Assembly (NCBI GenBank): GCA_951406725.2
Contig: OX597825.1
Location: forward strand, 25,668,001-25,732,000
Length of the DNA stretch: 64,000 nt
Direction of reading: 5' to 3'
Source of the DNA: Octopus vulgaris
Taxonomy: Eukaryota
Shown here: positions 29,825-41,385 of the stretch, one piece after another
Layout: each line of letters starts with the position of its first letter
How positions within the stretch are numbered: position 1 is the stretch's first letter
The notes under the pieces: model-generated
What the model saw: the letters and a program-made list of their open reading frames with translations, nothing else
Database searches by the model: none
Told to the model about the DNA's origin: nothing
Translations under genes and position numbers: made by a program

Positions 29825-30109
29825 GATGAAGAATACAGTTCCTTCCCGTGTCATACAGACTAATAGGGCCGGTTTCCTGGTTTCCATGGCGTATATATTC
29901 TGCAACTAGAGGAACGTTGGTTGGTCTCAGGAATATTCATTGTTGCCAGTCGAGTATAATGGAGTCACGTCAGAAGAAGTTGTTTACTCAAAAACAGAAC
30001 GTTCTTGTCTGTCCAGGAATCGAAACCGCAATCTTACGATCATGAGTCTAATATCCCAAACCACTAAACCACGCACATTCACACACACACACACACGTAT
30101 ATATATAAG

Positions 30110-30520
30110 TATTAATTTTTCTAATTCTCTCTAAAGGAGGTACGGCAGCAGTACTGGATATTAATAGTTACCGCCAAGCTAACCTGGTAGGCCAGTAAAA
30201 TAGGACGAATGCTGCCGTTGGTTAGCTCTAAAAGTGCATTGCCTCTAGCTAGCTACGTTACATACAGATGTATAACCATTACAACCTTCAAATAGGGGAG
30301 GTCAACAGCTTCCCCTTGCTGGTTCAACATCCACAGACTAGTTTCGGTTGAACCAGCAAGGGGAAGCTGCTGACCTCCCCTGTTCGAAGGTTATAATGGA
30401 CACAGGTTTGTGTGTCACATAGCTAGCTAGAGGCGATGGCCTCTTGGAGCTAAACAACGGCAACATTCGTCCTATTTTTCTGGACTGCCAGGTTACCTCG
30501 GCGACATCTATAACTATAAC
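30110..30520. repeat. Diverged family E element in fold-back arrangement
   Basis: CAGCTTCCCCTTGCTGGTTCAAC / GTTGAACCAGCAAGGGGAAGCTG centre with about 150-bp imperfect arms; homologous to 30795-30990 and 31876-32240. Confidence 0.75.
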
Positions 30521-31163
30521 TATAACTAAAACTATATATATATACATATGTATATATATGCTGGCCAAATGATAATATCGATATTTAAATATCGATATTA
30601 TCCTTATTTATAAATTTATATAATTCGTCACTATATTCACTGCGGTGTTTATTTTGACCATATCGTGCTTATGAGGTGTTTTGATGGGCAATTTAACTGG
30701 CCTTGTGCATACGTGCATATATATGTATGTATGGACGTTCGTATATGTAAGTATAACGTTTGTTCTGCATATATATATATATCTGTATCTATGTAATAGA
30801 AATATTAAAATTACTAAGTCTCTCTAAAAGAGAACACGGCAGCGTTCCTGGAAAATAATAGTTATCGCCAATTTCATATGGCATTCTTATAAAAATAAGA
30901 ATAAAGCTGTCCGCTTATTAGCTCCATGAGGCCATCGCCTTAAGTTAGCTATTTGATACACAAACTGTATCCATATAACCTTCGAACATATGAAATTGGC
31001 GATAACTATTATTTTCCAGGAACGCTGCTGTGTTCTCTTTTAGAGAGACTTAGTAATTTTAATATTTCTATTATTGAAAACAAGTGGATGTATTCCACCG
31101 AAACTAGGTAAATAAAACCTTCGAACAGAGATTGTCAGAAGCGACACCTACTGGTCTGACTAC

Positions 31164-31205
31164 GCTACATTGAAAAGGGGCAATACCCCGAAACGCGTCT
31201 GTAGC
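31164..31205 (+). ncRNA. Minimal type I hammerhead, U3-A8 variant (family E); mirror copy 32046-32087 on minus
   Basis: GCUACA-UUGAAAA-GGGG CAAUA CCCC-GAAA-CGCG-UC-UGUAGC: 6-bp stem I, 4-bp stem II, palindromic ACGCGU stem III, GUC site. Confidence 0.8.
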
Positions 31206-31395
31206 TGTCGGTCAAGTAGTGTGGAGCGACTGACCTCCCTTGTTCGAAGGTTATATGGATACAGTTTGTGTATCAAATAGCTAACTTAAGGCGATGGCCT
31301 CATGGAGTTAATAAGCGGACAGCTTTATTCTTATTTTTATAAGAATGCCATATGAAATTGGCGATAACTATTATTGTATCTATGTACTTTGATAT

Positions 31396-31454
31396 ATTCA
31401 ACCGATGACGGCAAAGCTTATTTAAAGCAAAGCTAGAAATCCTGGATCTTGAAT
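31396..31454 (+). ncRNA. Type I hammerhead candidate, C4 variant (family G); mirror copy about 31797-31855 on minus
   Basis: AUUCAA-CCGAUGA-C GGC AAA GCUU..AAGC AAA GCU A-GAAA-UCC U GGA-UC-UUGAAU; AUC site. Confidence 0.65.
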
Positions 31455-31598
31455 TATTCAATAATATTTTATGCTAGTCTATTTTGTCCCTCTGTCTTAT
31501 CTCATGGTACGATATGAACATTTAACGTGGTTTTTAGAGTCAGGGATTTTACTGCTATTTCAGCATGGTGGTGTCTCTCAGACACCCTTATTTTTAGT

Positions 31599-31710
<112 letters not shown>

Positions 31711-32640
31711 ACTCTAAAAACCACGTTAAATGTTCATATCGTACCATGAGATAAGACAGAGGGACAAAATAGACTAGCATAAAATATTATTTAATAATTC
31801 AAGATCCAGGATTTCTAGCTTTGCTTTAAATAAGCTTTGCCGTCATCGGTTGAATATATCAAAGTACATAGATACAATAATAGTTATCGCCAATTTCATA
31901 TGGCATTCTTATAAAAATAAGAATAAAGCTGTCCGCTTATTAGCTCCATGAGGCCATCGCCTTAAGTTAGCTATTTGATACACAAACTGTATCCATATAA
32001 CCTTCGAACAAGGGAGGTCAGTCGCTCCACACTACTTGACCGACAGCTACAGACGCGTTTCGGGGTATTGCCCCTTTTCAATGTAGCGTAGTCAGACCAG
32101 TAGGTGTCGCTTCTGACAATCTCTGTTCGAAGGTTTTATTTACCTAGTTTCGGTGGAATACATCCACTTGTTTTCAATAATAGAAATATTAAAATTACTA
32201 AGTCTCTCTAAAAGAGAACACAGCAGCGTTCCTGGAAAATAATAGTTATCGCCAATTTCATATGTTCGAAGGTTATATGGATACAGTTTGTGGATTTCTA
32301 TGTTTGCGATCCAGAAACATATGTTCGCTATTAACGGTAAGTGACTGAATTCGTATATTTGCCACTCCGGTTTTGTGTATGTGAGGCGTAAGGGCCTTCG
32401 TTTTTGGATTCTCCACTTATAGAAATTGGAAAAACGGTCTTTGACTGCCATTTCTAATTCCTTCGGTATGAGGTGAAACAGCCTGCTGTTAACCTTCTTA
32501 TTTTTTCTTTACTATATACTGAACCTTACAAAGGTCCTGACAATTAATTTGTCGTATTTACATACCGAAATTTACCGGTAAATAATCGTTGGTTACATGA
32601 TAAACCACAGGAAAATTATTTACCATTTTTATTGAATTAC

Positions 32641-32685
<45 letters not shown>

Positions 32686-32690
<5 letters not shown>

Positions 32691-33439
32691 TATTAGTGAA
32701 TTGAAGAAATGGAGTTGAACGAAGATTGAACAGAAATCCTTTTATTGCATTCTACACGTGTTTCGAAAGCCACAATTTACCAAATTCCGATTGAATAAGG
32801 AGACCATATTGTGTCTGTCTCTTCAGGAAGAAATAGGAATTCCGTTGGCAGAACAAAAACAGAACAGAGGCGCAGCAAAACAAATCGAACGTGGAGGCTC
32901 CTAAGAGCCCATGGCCAAACTGTTTATCAATGTATGTTGAAATATGGTGGTGGATGCGTTGAAGATATTTACAGGTCAGGCAGCGATTGACCGCTGCCTG
33001 ACCTGTAAATATCTTCAACGCATCCACCACCATATTTCAACATACATTGATAAACAGTTTGGCCATGGGCTCTTAGGAGCCTCCACGTTCGATTTGTTTT
33101 GCTGCGCCTCTGTTCTGTTTTTGTTCTGCCAACGGAATTCCTATTTCTTCCTGAAGAGAAAGACACAATATGGTCTCCTTATTCAATCGGAATTTGGTAA
33201 ATTGTGGCTTTCGAAACACGTGTAGAATGCAATAAAAGGATTTCTGTTCAATCTTCGTTCAACTCCATTTCTTCAATTCACTAATAATATTAAAATTCAA
33301 TTATCCGCACCAACGCACGGTTGCAACACCATATGGTTGTACCTCCAACCGTGCTTTCTTCTGCTGTGATTTTTGCTACCAAGGTATCGGTTAAACTTTT
33401 GATTAATCTGCAACAAGATTATTCATCTTTCTATTTCAC

Positions 33440-33443
<4 letters not shown>
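32686..33443 (+). mobile_element. PLE pseudo-LTR-like element with 5' inversion (300-bp arms 32686-32985 and 32992-33291, 6-nt loop), flanked by (TA)n
   Basis: Arms differ by one visible base; the plus arm continues about 150 bp beyond the symmetry to a (TA)n tract; contains an HHR. Confidence 0.85.
33148..33227 (+). ncRNA. Type I hammerhead, canonical core, extended stem II; mirror copy 32750-32829 on minus
   Basis: UUC-CUGAAGA-GAAAG A CACAAU...AUUGUG G CUUUC-GAAA-CACGUG-UA-GAA; palindromic ACACGUGU stem III, GUA site; stem I only 3 bp. Confidence 0.8.
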
Positions 33444-33490
<47 letters not shown>

Positions 33491-34477
33491 CCGGTTGAGA
33501 ACCTAGGTGATTTTCTTTTTTTCTTTTACATATTTCAGTCATTTGACTTGCGGCCATGCCATCGCACAGCTTTTGTTTAATTTAGACAAAAATAAATTAA
33601 GAGAAATAATTACAAGTGATTGAGAACATGCATATGAAAAGCACAGACAAATGCGAGTATATCAATTGCTATTGGCGTTTCTTGGATGGTTCTATTTCGA
33701 TTTGGTGGCTGATAAAATAAATAAAATCCCAATTTAAACGTTGTGCAACTTCGGAGAGCTTGTTCAAGTGCCGGTGCTCAACTATGGAATTATTGCGTAA
33801 AGTTATGGATGACAGTTACAATTAGCGGCCAGACAAGGCACCAGTATATCATATATAACATACCCAGATAATTTGCTACTGACGTTTAAGCTCTCCATGA
33901 AGGATGTTTGTGTGTGTGTGTGTGTGAGGAATAGAATGCAACTATTGAAACACATAACAAGATATCTACAAAATTATTCAACTCATAATCTACGAGATCT
34001 TAATTCAATATAATATTCAGCCTGATGTTTCATTTCTGCGATAAAATAAGAATAAGCAATATATTGGAATGAAATAATTCTCCTATAACTCATCGACTAT
34101 AAGCCATCTCCTACACAATTTGGCCTTATGCCTTGTCAAAAGAAAATAATATTTACGCACCAAAACGTACGTCCGTATTTTCTTATGCCTTGTTAAATGA
34201 TTGTGAAATTTACGACCAAGTAATATTAATTGATTCAGCAAAGGACGTCATCTTTGACCTATGGTTGATGAGGCCAGTTATTAATGAGGTATATCATTAT
34301 TCTTTTGTTTTTGTTCTATGCGAACAATTAATATAATTTATAGAAGCGAGCAACAACGATGTCAATTGAATCAGGCAGATCGTTTTATTTTTCGAATTAC
34401 TTGATTTCACGTGTCATATTAAGATATATGTCCGAAGTAATAACAAGAAGCAAATAACTTTGCAAGTATTGTCGGAA

Positions 34478-34547
34478 CAACAACAACAACAACAACAACA
34501 ATAATAGTAATAATAATAATAATGATAATAATAATGATAATAATAAT

Positions 34548-34585
<38 letters not shown>

Positions 34586-34690
34586 TAATAATAATAATAG
34601 TAATAATAATTATAATAACAATAAAAATAATAATCATAATGATAATAGAAATATTAATAATGATAATAATATTTATAATTATCATTATTG
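34478..34690. repeat. (AAC)n/(AAT)n microsatellite
   Basis: Direct inspection. Confidence 0.92.
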
Positions 34691-34693
34691 TTA

Positions 34694-35215
34694 AGGTGGC
34701 GAGCTGGTAGAATCGTTAGCACGCTGGGCGAAAGGCTTAGTGGTATTTCGTCTGCCGTTACGTTCTGAGTTCAAATTCCGCCGAGGTCGACTTTGCCTTT
34801 CATCCTTTCGGGGTCGATAAATTAAGTACCAGTTACGCACTGGGGTCGATATAATCGACTTAATCAGTTTGTCTGTCCTTGTTTGTTCTCTCTTTTGGGT
34901 AGTAAAGAAATAGGTATTTTACCCGTCACTATGTTCTGAGTTCAAATTCCACCGAGGTCGATTTTGCTTTTCATCCTCTCAGGATCGATGAAATAAGTAC
35001 CATTGAAATATTAGGGTTGATATAATGGACTAGTCCCCCACTCAATTTCTGGCCTTCTGCCTATAGTAGAAGGATTATTTTTGTTGTTGTTAAGGCGGTA
35101 AAGTGGCAGAATAGCTAGCACAGCGAGCAAAATGCTTATCAGCATTCTATCTGCCTTACGTTCTGAGTTCAAATTCCGCTGAGGTCGACATTGCCTTTCA
35201 ACATTTTGGGATGGA
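34694..35215 (+). mobile_element. SINE family C dimer plus an additional head-to-tail monomer
   Basis: Three occurrences of GTTCTGAGTTCAAATTCC.C.GAGGTCGA (about 34762, 34933, 35160). Confidence 0.85.
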
Positions 35216-36116
35216 TGAATATATGTTCCTGTTGAATACTTCCCAAAATTTCAGATTTAGTAGAAAGGATCATTATTATCCTTATTTTACCTCAAGTTTT
35301 GTCGAACTCGTGGAGTCTTGCATGCGTAGTGGACTTACTACCTGCAGCCTACGGTACTATGCTAGCTGTTCTTTTCAAGTATGTAATACTTTCCTGATTA
35401 TTCTGGCCATGCCAAGCAGGCAGGACTTAACAGTTCTACCAGGTACTCTATTCCAATTTCCTTAATATTCCTCTTGATGCCTTATGATACTGTCCCCAAA
35501 GACCCAACAATTATAGACTTCCAGTTAAGACTCGTGATTTGCAATTTAGATTCAGTTTAATATGGTACTTAAGTTAAAGGCACCAGAATTTAGTATGGTA
35601 TTATACATATAATTCAAAATGGCGTGATTTCAATCAAAATAAGTAACAAGGATATCCAGAGGTAATGCAGTACGATCGTTTCATGCGACTCCATTTAATT
35701 GAACAATGCAAATATTACATCAATTTTAAAATGTAGAGCAATCTTCAGCTGCATAAAAATATAGAATTTAGTTAAATTCAAAGGATTCATTTGTATAGTT
35801 ATTCTATTAACCAAAATCACAAAGAGGATAAGTAGATAGACAAGGAACATGTTTCGTCAACCACATCATAGTTGTAACTGATATTTTTTCACAGGAAGAC
35901 ACTGCTTATCATTGATTTTAATTTGTTATTCAGATTTGCTACTGGGGGAGGGGGTTAGTTCTAATTTATAGACTAGTTTATCAAGTCTAATGGAAACTAG
36001 AATCTATCTATTATGGATAGGGTAAAAAGACAGTTGAAGTGGCAGAGTCATAAATCAAGACTTCTTTGAAGTAAAAACCATTTGGTTCAGTAAGAATATA
36101 TTTCATGCGTACACTG

Positions 36117-36220
36117 ACAACAAAGACTCATGGGAAGTATGCAGGTTACTTGGTAAGCAAGCTACTTACCATACAGCTACTCCTGGGCCTATATATGCAT
36201 ATATACATACACACACACAA

Positions 36221-36251
<31 letters not shown>

Positions 36252-36272
36252 CATATACATATACATATAGAT

Positions 36273-36306
<34 letters not shown>

Positions 36307-36408
36307 GTGTGTGTGTATGTATATATGGATATATAGGCCCAGGAGTAGCTGTATGGTAAGTAGCTTGCTTACTAAGTAACCTGCATTCTTCCCATGAGTC
36401 TTTGTTGT
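36117..36408. repeat. Inverted repeat (about 100-bp arms) containing a truncated family B SINE head
   Basis: ACAACAAAGACTCATGGGAAG...CTCCTGGGCCTATATAT versus its reverse complement across a microsatellite. Confidence 0.85.
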
Positions 36409-37477
36409 ATATATATATATATATATATATATACATACATACATACATACATGCATACACGTGCGCACACACATATACACATACAATCAATGAGAGAGAC
36501 GAAAGATGGAATGTATGAGAATCGTTGTTGATCACTACAATCGCTTCGACCCATCAAGCATATTTGCGATTTCCATATATTACAGCCTGCTCGACTAGAG
36601 TAATCGTTAATCAATATCAATCATAAATAAGGAAACACCGAACATATACAGTAGTTTATTCTTTATTCCATCAGCTAACTGCCATTTGGCAAATCTCCTC
36701 CATATTTGCCTTAACTTATTAGGCATTATTATAAAGCAGCATATGTTTGCTTAGATTGCCAGTCATAATTTCTCCATAACTGAATTTAGTGAAGTGTCTG
36801 TGTATTCGTAGTCAGATAATATTTTCAGTATAAAATAGAATGCAATATGAAATATAACGAATGAATATGTAATAATATATGAATGTTTAATGATGTTTAT
36901 ACAATTATGTAAACTTCAATATTGAAATGTAATTAACTAAGGAGTATGTTTAAATGACGTTTATCTATTATACTTTTATTTACATGTCTTGAATTAATAA
37001 TTTCGCAATTTTCTCTGCTTCGCATAATAGAAGAGAAATAGTTATATCATTTAGAATTAACTAAGAGAGAGCATATGATAAATGAATAATACAATAAACG
37101 AGCTGATCTATTTAAACTGACATCCTTTAGTCAAATATTTGTTACGAAACCGAGAATATTCATTATATATTATCATATCGATCTATAATGACATTATGTT
37201 CCAGACAACGTCTGTAAGAATTTGACTATGGAAAGACATCGAAAACATAATCTGTTAAACATAATATCTATATGTTTCGTACAAGAACTGACTGATAAAG
37301 TATGGAACGAAATCGAAAACACAATCTACTTGCTATGTTTATACGCTTTATGTCGTTCATAACGCAACTGACTGATATATATATATATATATAGTTAATC
37401 CAAACATGAAAACACAACAACGCGAGGACGTGGAACAAGTATGGTATTATTGGATGCTCAGGAAAGAAAGAAGGAGG

Positions 37478-37512
37478 GTTTAACATTTCGAGCGGAGCTC
37501 TTCGTCAGAAAC
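37478..37512 (-). ncRNA. Minimal type I hammerhead in an about 180-bp PLE-like remnant (37390-37560)
   Basis: Minus strand GUUU-CUGACGA-A-GAGC UCC GCUC-GAAA-UG-UU-AAAC; adjacent to (TA)n. Confidence 0.75.
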
Positions 37513-37560
37513 ATAGGAAAAGGAAAGATCCAAAGAAGGGAAAACGGAGTAAAAAAAAAA

Positions 37561-37905
37561 GCTGAAATTTTCTGTGTATGGCAGGTTTGGTAGCCTTCAA
37601 CTAACACTATCTCCTCCGAGACCCTGCGGCGCAAGTTGACTAAAATTGATAGTATGATAGAAGAAACGTTTCCCTTCCATTCGTAGAAGAAAAATTAACA
37701 CCGAAAATTATTTACATAAAAAAGGGGCTTTTTTTTCTATGAAAATCCCTACTTTTTACGAATTTTTGACTGCTGTGTTGCCATTTTTCGGTGTATTTCA
37801 ACCAGAAAAATGTTCATTTAAAGCCACATAATGCAAAAGTTTTACTTTTCAAAAATTCCAATTCTAAAGGGTCGAAACCAGAGCAACGCCGGGTGATACT
37901 GCTAG
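37561..37905 (+). mobile_element. Non-autonomous Helitron-like 3' end (5' boundary uncertain)
   Basis: CCAGAGCAACGCCGGG hairpin remnant, 8-nt spacer, terminal CTAG followed by T. Confidence 0.6.
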
Positions 37906-37919
37906 TATATATATATTTA

Positions 37920-37986
<67 letters not shown>

Positions 37987-38319
37987 ATATATATATATAT
38001 ATATATACGTATTTAATATTAAACAAGATGTAAACCACATTTAGTTGCGAAGGTACCGTACTCGCATTTTAACAATATTACTAGAGATACATCAAGGCAT
38101 TATGTATATTGTTACGAACGAAACAAATTATATTCAGATAATTTCTCAGTCGTACGACGTGAATTAGAACACCGCTCTCTGGTTTTGCAAGCGAAGCCGA
38201 AAATAATTGTGGTCACGTGACTGTTTAAAGCATAGGCGGTGTGATTTTGGCGCGCTTTTACAGAGTGGCCGAATTATATAAACTATTCGTTCTGGAAGAC
38301 GTTGTGCGGCGGTGACTTG

Positions 38320-39356
38320 ATGAAAAGATCAACAGAAGTAATCGAGAGAGCACTGAGGCCAATTTGGCGAGATATAACTTACTTTGCAAGAGGTATCCGT
38401 TTCGTATCAGTGAACGTTCCTTTCAAAAGCACCTAGAAAGCAAAGGAACACTCAGTAACACCCCTGAAGACGGACAAAGTAGTCCTCTTTTCAATGTATT
38501 TGGGAAGAAGGACTACGAGAGTTAAGATGGAAGGAATTTCCCCGGAAATAGACGTGGCTTGGATGGCGGCAGCAGTGATTCTGGGAAGTGAAGTGGAAGT
38601 GACGGTCATCCAGGCCACAGACACAGACGCTACGATCTGGCAAGATAAGACTCTCGAAATCATAATTCAGTGTGGTACGGAAAATTTTGCAAAAATGGCA
38701 GAGACCATAACAATAGGTGAAGTGGTGTTGAGAGTATGGGTGGAAGGTAGATTCCCTCGCTGCTTCAAATGTGGCCAAAAGAGCCACTTCAGAGCAAATT
38801 GCCCGAAGAAAACGAAAGAAAGCTGGGAGGAAGAACGGAAGGTACCAGAACATGTGGAAGAAATAACAGAAAAGAAGGAGGAAGAAATACGGAAGGTGAT
38901 GAAGCAGAGAAAAAGGAAAAAAATAAATCAAGATGAACAGGAACCCCCACCTTACACCCATATCATCCATACTCTCTCAGACCCACCCTCCTCCCGCAGA
39001 CACCAAACCCACCCATTCCACTCCTACACAGAGAAAAAAGAAAAAATGAAAAATAGTCCCAACAGAATGTACAAAATTCCTCTCCTAGTGATATATGTTA
39101 TGCTTGTGTAATTACAGAGGAGATGGATGAGGAACTACTTAAGATAACAACGTGGAAAAGTGTAAAGTTCGTAGAATTAGAGGAGTGCGCGGATATAGTA
39201 GGATGGCAACCATGTATACTGGAGTCAGTAAAACGAAAAGAGGAAATAGCTAAATTTAAGAGAGGACAGGAATGTCAGAGGATAAGCGTGGATATTAATA
39301 AAATAAGGACAAAGTACGGTATTGATATACTGAAATACTCAAGATATAAAAGATAA
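38320..39356 (+). pseudogene. LINE (L1/Tx1-type) ORF1, gag-like with CCHC zinc knuckle, disrupted
   Basis: CFKCGQKSHFRANC knuckle in ORF 38494-39111; frame extends upstream to ATG 38320 through one stop; further ORF 39123-39356. Confidence 0.75.
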
Positions 39357-40032
39357 AATGGAAGTAAGTGATGCTACTTGATGTGGGTCAAGTAGCATAT
39401 TTTCATTATCATTTTCATATAATCATTCGTATTATCATATGCTTTATTTTATGTTTTCGTGTTACGTGTCCCCGCATGTTTTTGTGTTGTCCCCTCTGTG
39501 TTGGCCCCTTGTGGGCAATAAAGAAATAGGGCGACGTGATGAAAGTTAACATGAGCTGGTTTGAATGTAGTAACCGGTGCCATGAGTGCGATGTGTGAGA
39601 TGGTGCCGGGCGAAATTCGTGTGGAACTGTTGACACAGTATTTAGTGTCTAGTGTGGTGTTGGTTTGGTCGGTTAATGTGAACGGTGGGAGGCTTTGAAT
39701 TGGTTGCGAAAATATTGAACTTGGCAACGCAAAGAAGGTGGAATGGTACCGTGAATTCGGAAGTAACATGAGTCCAGACGGAAAACAAAATAATATAAGA
39801 CAGAAAAGAAATAAATCAAAATAAATAAAGACTGGTGAATAAAAGAAGAGCGCAACGAAAGGAGTCTTCACATTTCAGAGGTAAATGGAAGAACTCTCAA
39901 AAACCTCTCTAAAGTACTGTTTATTTATTCCATAAATGTTATTGCCATCTTAATTTAAGTTCTTGTATTTTGGATATACTCAACGGTTTGTATGTTATTT
40001 TCAACTCTTCTGACTTCTTCGACTGCTGCTTC

Positions 40033-40080
40033 TTCGGCTTGTGCAAAGCCCCTACAACGTTTGAGCGCCTCATGGATCAG
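40033..40080 (+). pseudogene. Gypsy-type reverse transcriptase micro-fragment
   Basis: FGLCKAPTTFERLMD matches the Ty3/Gypsy motif PFGL.NAPATFQRLMD. Confidence 0.65.
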
Positions 40081-40107
40081 GGGCACTACTTAAATACAGA
40101 ATGTGTG

Positions 40108-40157
<50 letters not shown>

Positions 40158-40982
40158 TGTGTGTGTGTATGACTGTGACACATATATATATATATATAGC
40201 TAGTATCACAGTTTTGTGGACTAGCTACCACACCACGTTCAATGGAACTGATAATCCAATTTTAAATGTAATGACTTTCATTGACAGGCACACAAAGTTG
40301 CAGTACAGTATACAATCTTTTGCTAAAACTTTACCAACGAATTAGTGCCTTAGCAGAATCATATTATGGATCGAATATGCCTTGGATTTCATTTCACATT
40401 TCAGGCCAAATTTATCGTACATAATTCCTTGGTCGATAAGATATTGCACCAGTGAAGTATTTGGTTCAAGTTAAAAGACTAAACCCTCAACAAATTTGCG
40501 AAAATTTTCCTTAATCATTGAAGCAGTCCTTGAAACACTATGATTTCGTTATCTCAACTAATGTTCGTGCTCTTCAGATACGTGACTGCAAGACCCATTC
40601 AGGGTCATCGGGTGGCTGAGATGCTGTGTTTATAGGCAATGACGGGTGGTTGTCCAGTGACAGTTTACTAAAGTGTTTGTGAGTAATTGGACCAACCATA
40701 GTAGATCTTAATGCCTTCCTCGATGTGTTTGAGTGACACCCAGATAAAAAGGCAAAGAGCTAAACTGTTGGTAGTGACTGGTTATGCAAGGAACAAATCC
40801 TTTTATTTACACAATTTCTTTTTGCAAGGTTTATACCAGGCTTGTTATAACTTTTGGCAGACAGTTATAGCAACTGACACCTGAAAAGAAACATTCGTTG
40901 CTGAATGTTAGAACTGATAATAGTGGAACAGGTGGCCAAAGACGGCAGGATGAAGCGGAGTATCAGTGACATTTATTGAAAT

Positions 40983-41065
40983 ACAACTCTGCTGAATGCA
41001 GTATGTAAAATTATAGCGAAAAAGCTGGCAGGGAAGATGCCACTTGTAGTCTGTAGTGTAATCAT
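40983..41065 (+). pseudogene. L1/Tx1-type LINE ORF2 RT fragment
   Basis: TTLLNAVCKIIAKKLAGKMPLVVCSVI resembles the ITLLN.DYKILAK.LA.RL..V...II motif. Confidence 0.6.
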
Positions 41066-41249
41066 AATAAGGAACATTCATGTACAAAAGTATTTACCTG
41101 AACGTAAAATGACTGACAGATTTTATCAAACTCTATGGGTTTCCCAGAAATTTCTTTGACCACTTATAGGAATGAAGGGAGAAAGATTATCTAGGAACGC
41201 CTTATACAGGAGAAGTAAATAACTAAATCACTACATGTAGTGATTTAAA

Positions 41250-41385
41250 AGAAATCTGTCTGTTGTACCTAACCAATGGCGAAGTGTCGAGATGGTCATC
41301 CAGGCTGCTTGCATGAATACGCTTCTTATCACACACAACTGTCGTTAAAATGGAAGGACACATACAATAAAGTGGGGCAGGTACA
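41250..41385 (+). pseudogene. Possible Gypsy integrase H2C2 remnant
   Basis: Across frameshifts VVPNQWRS / DGHPG / KMEGHIQ resembles VVP..R..LH.GHPG..M...W..M..DI. Confidence 0.4.

Noticed and set aside
30571-30602. Perfect 32-bp AT-rich palindrome
   Set aside because: Real, but no function can be supported; likely another small fold-back by-product
32752-33225. Twin 93-aa ORFs on opposite strands (also 31471/31502)
   Set aside because: Consequence of the palindrome; no protein similarity recognised
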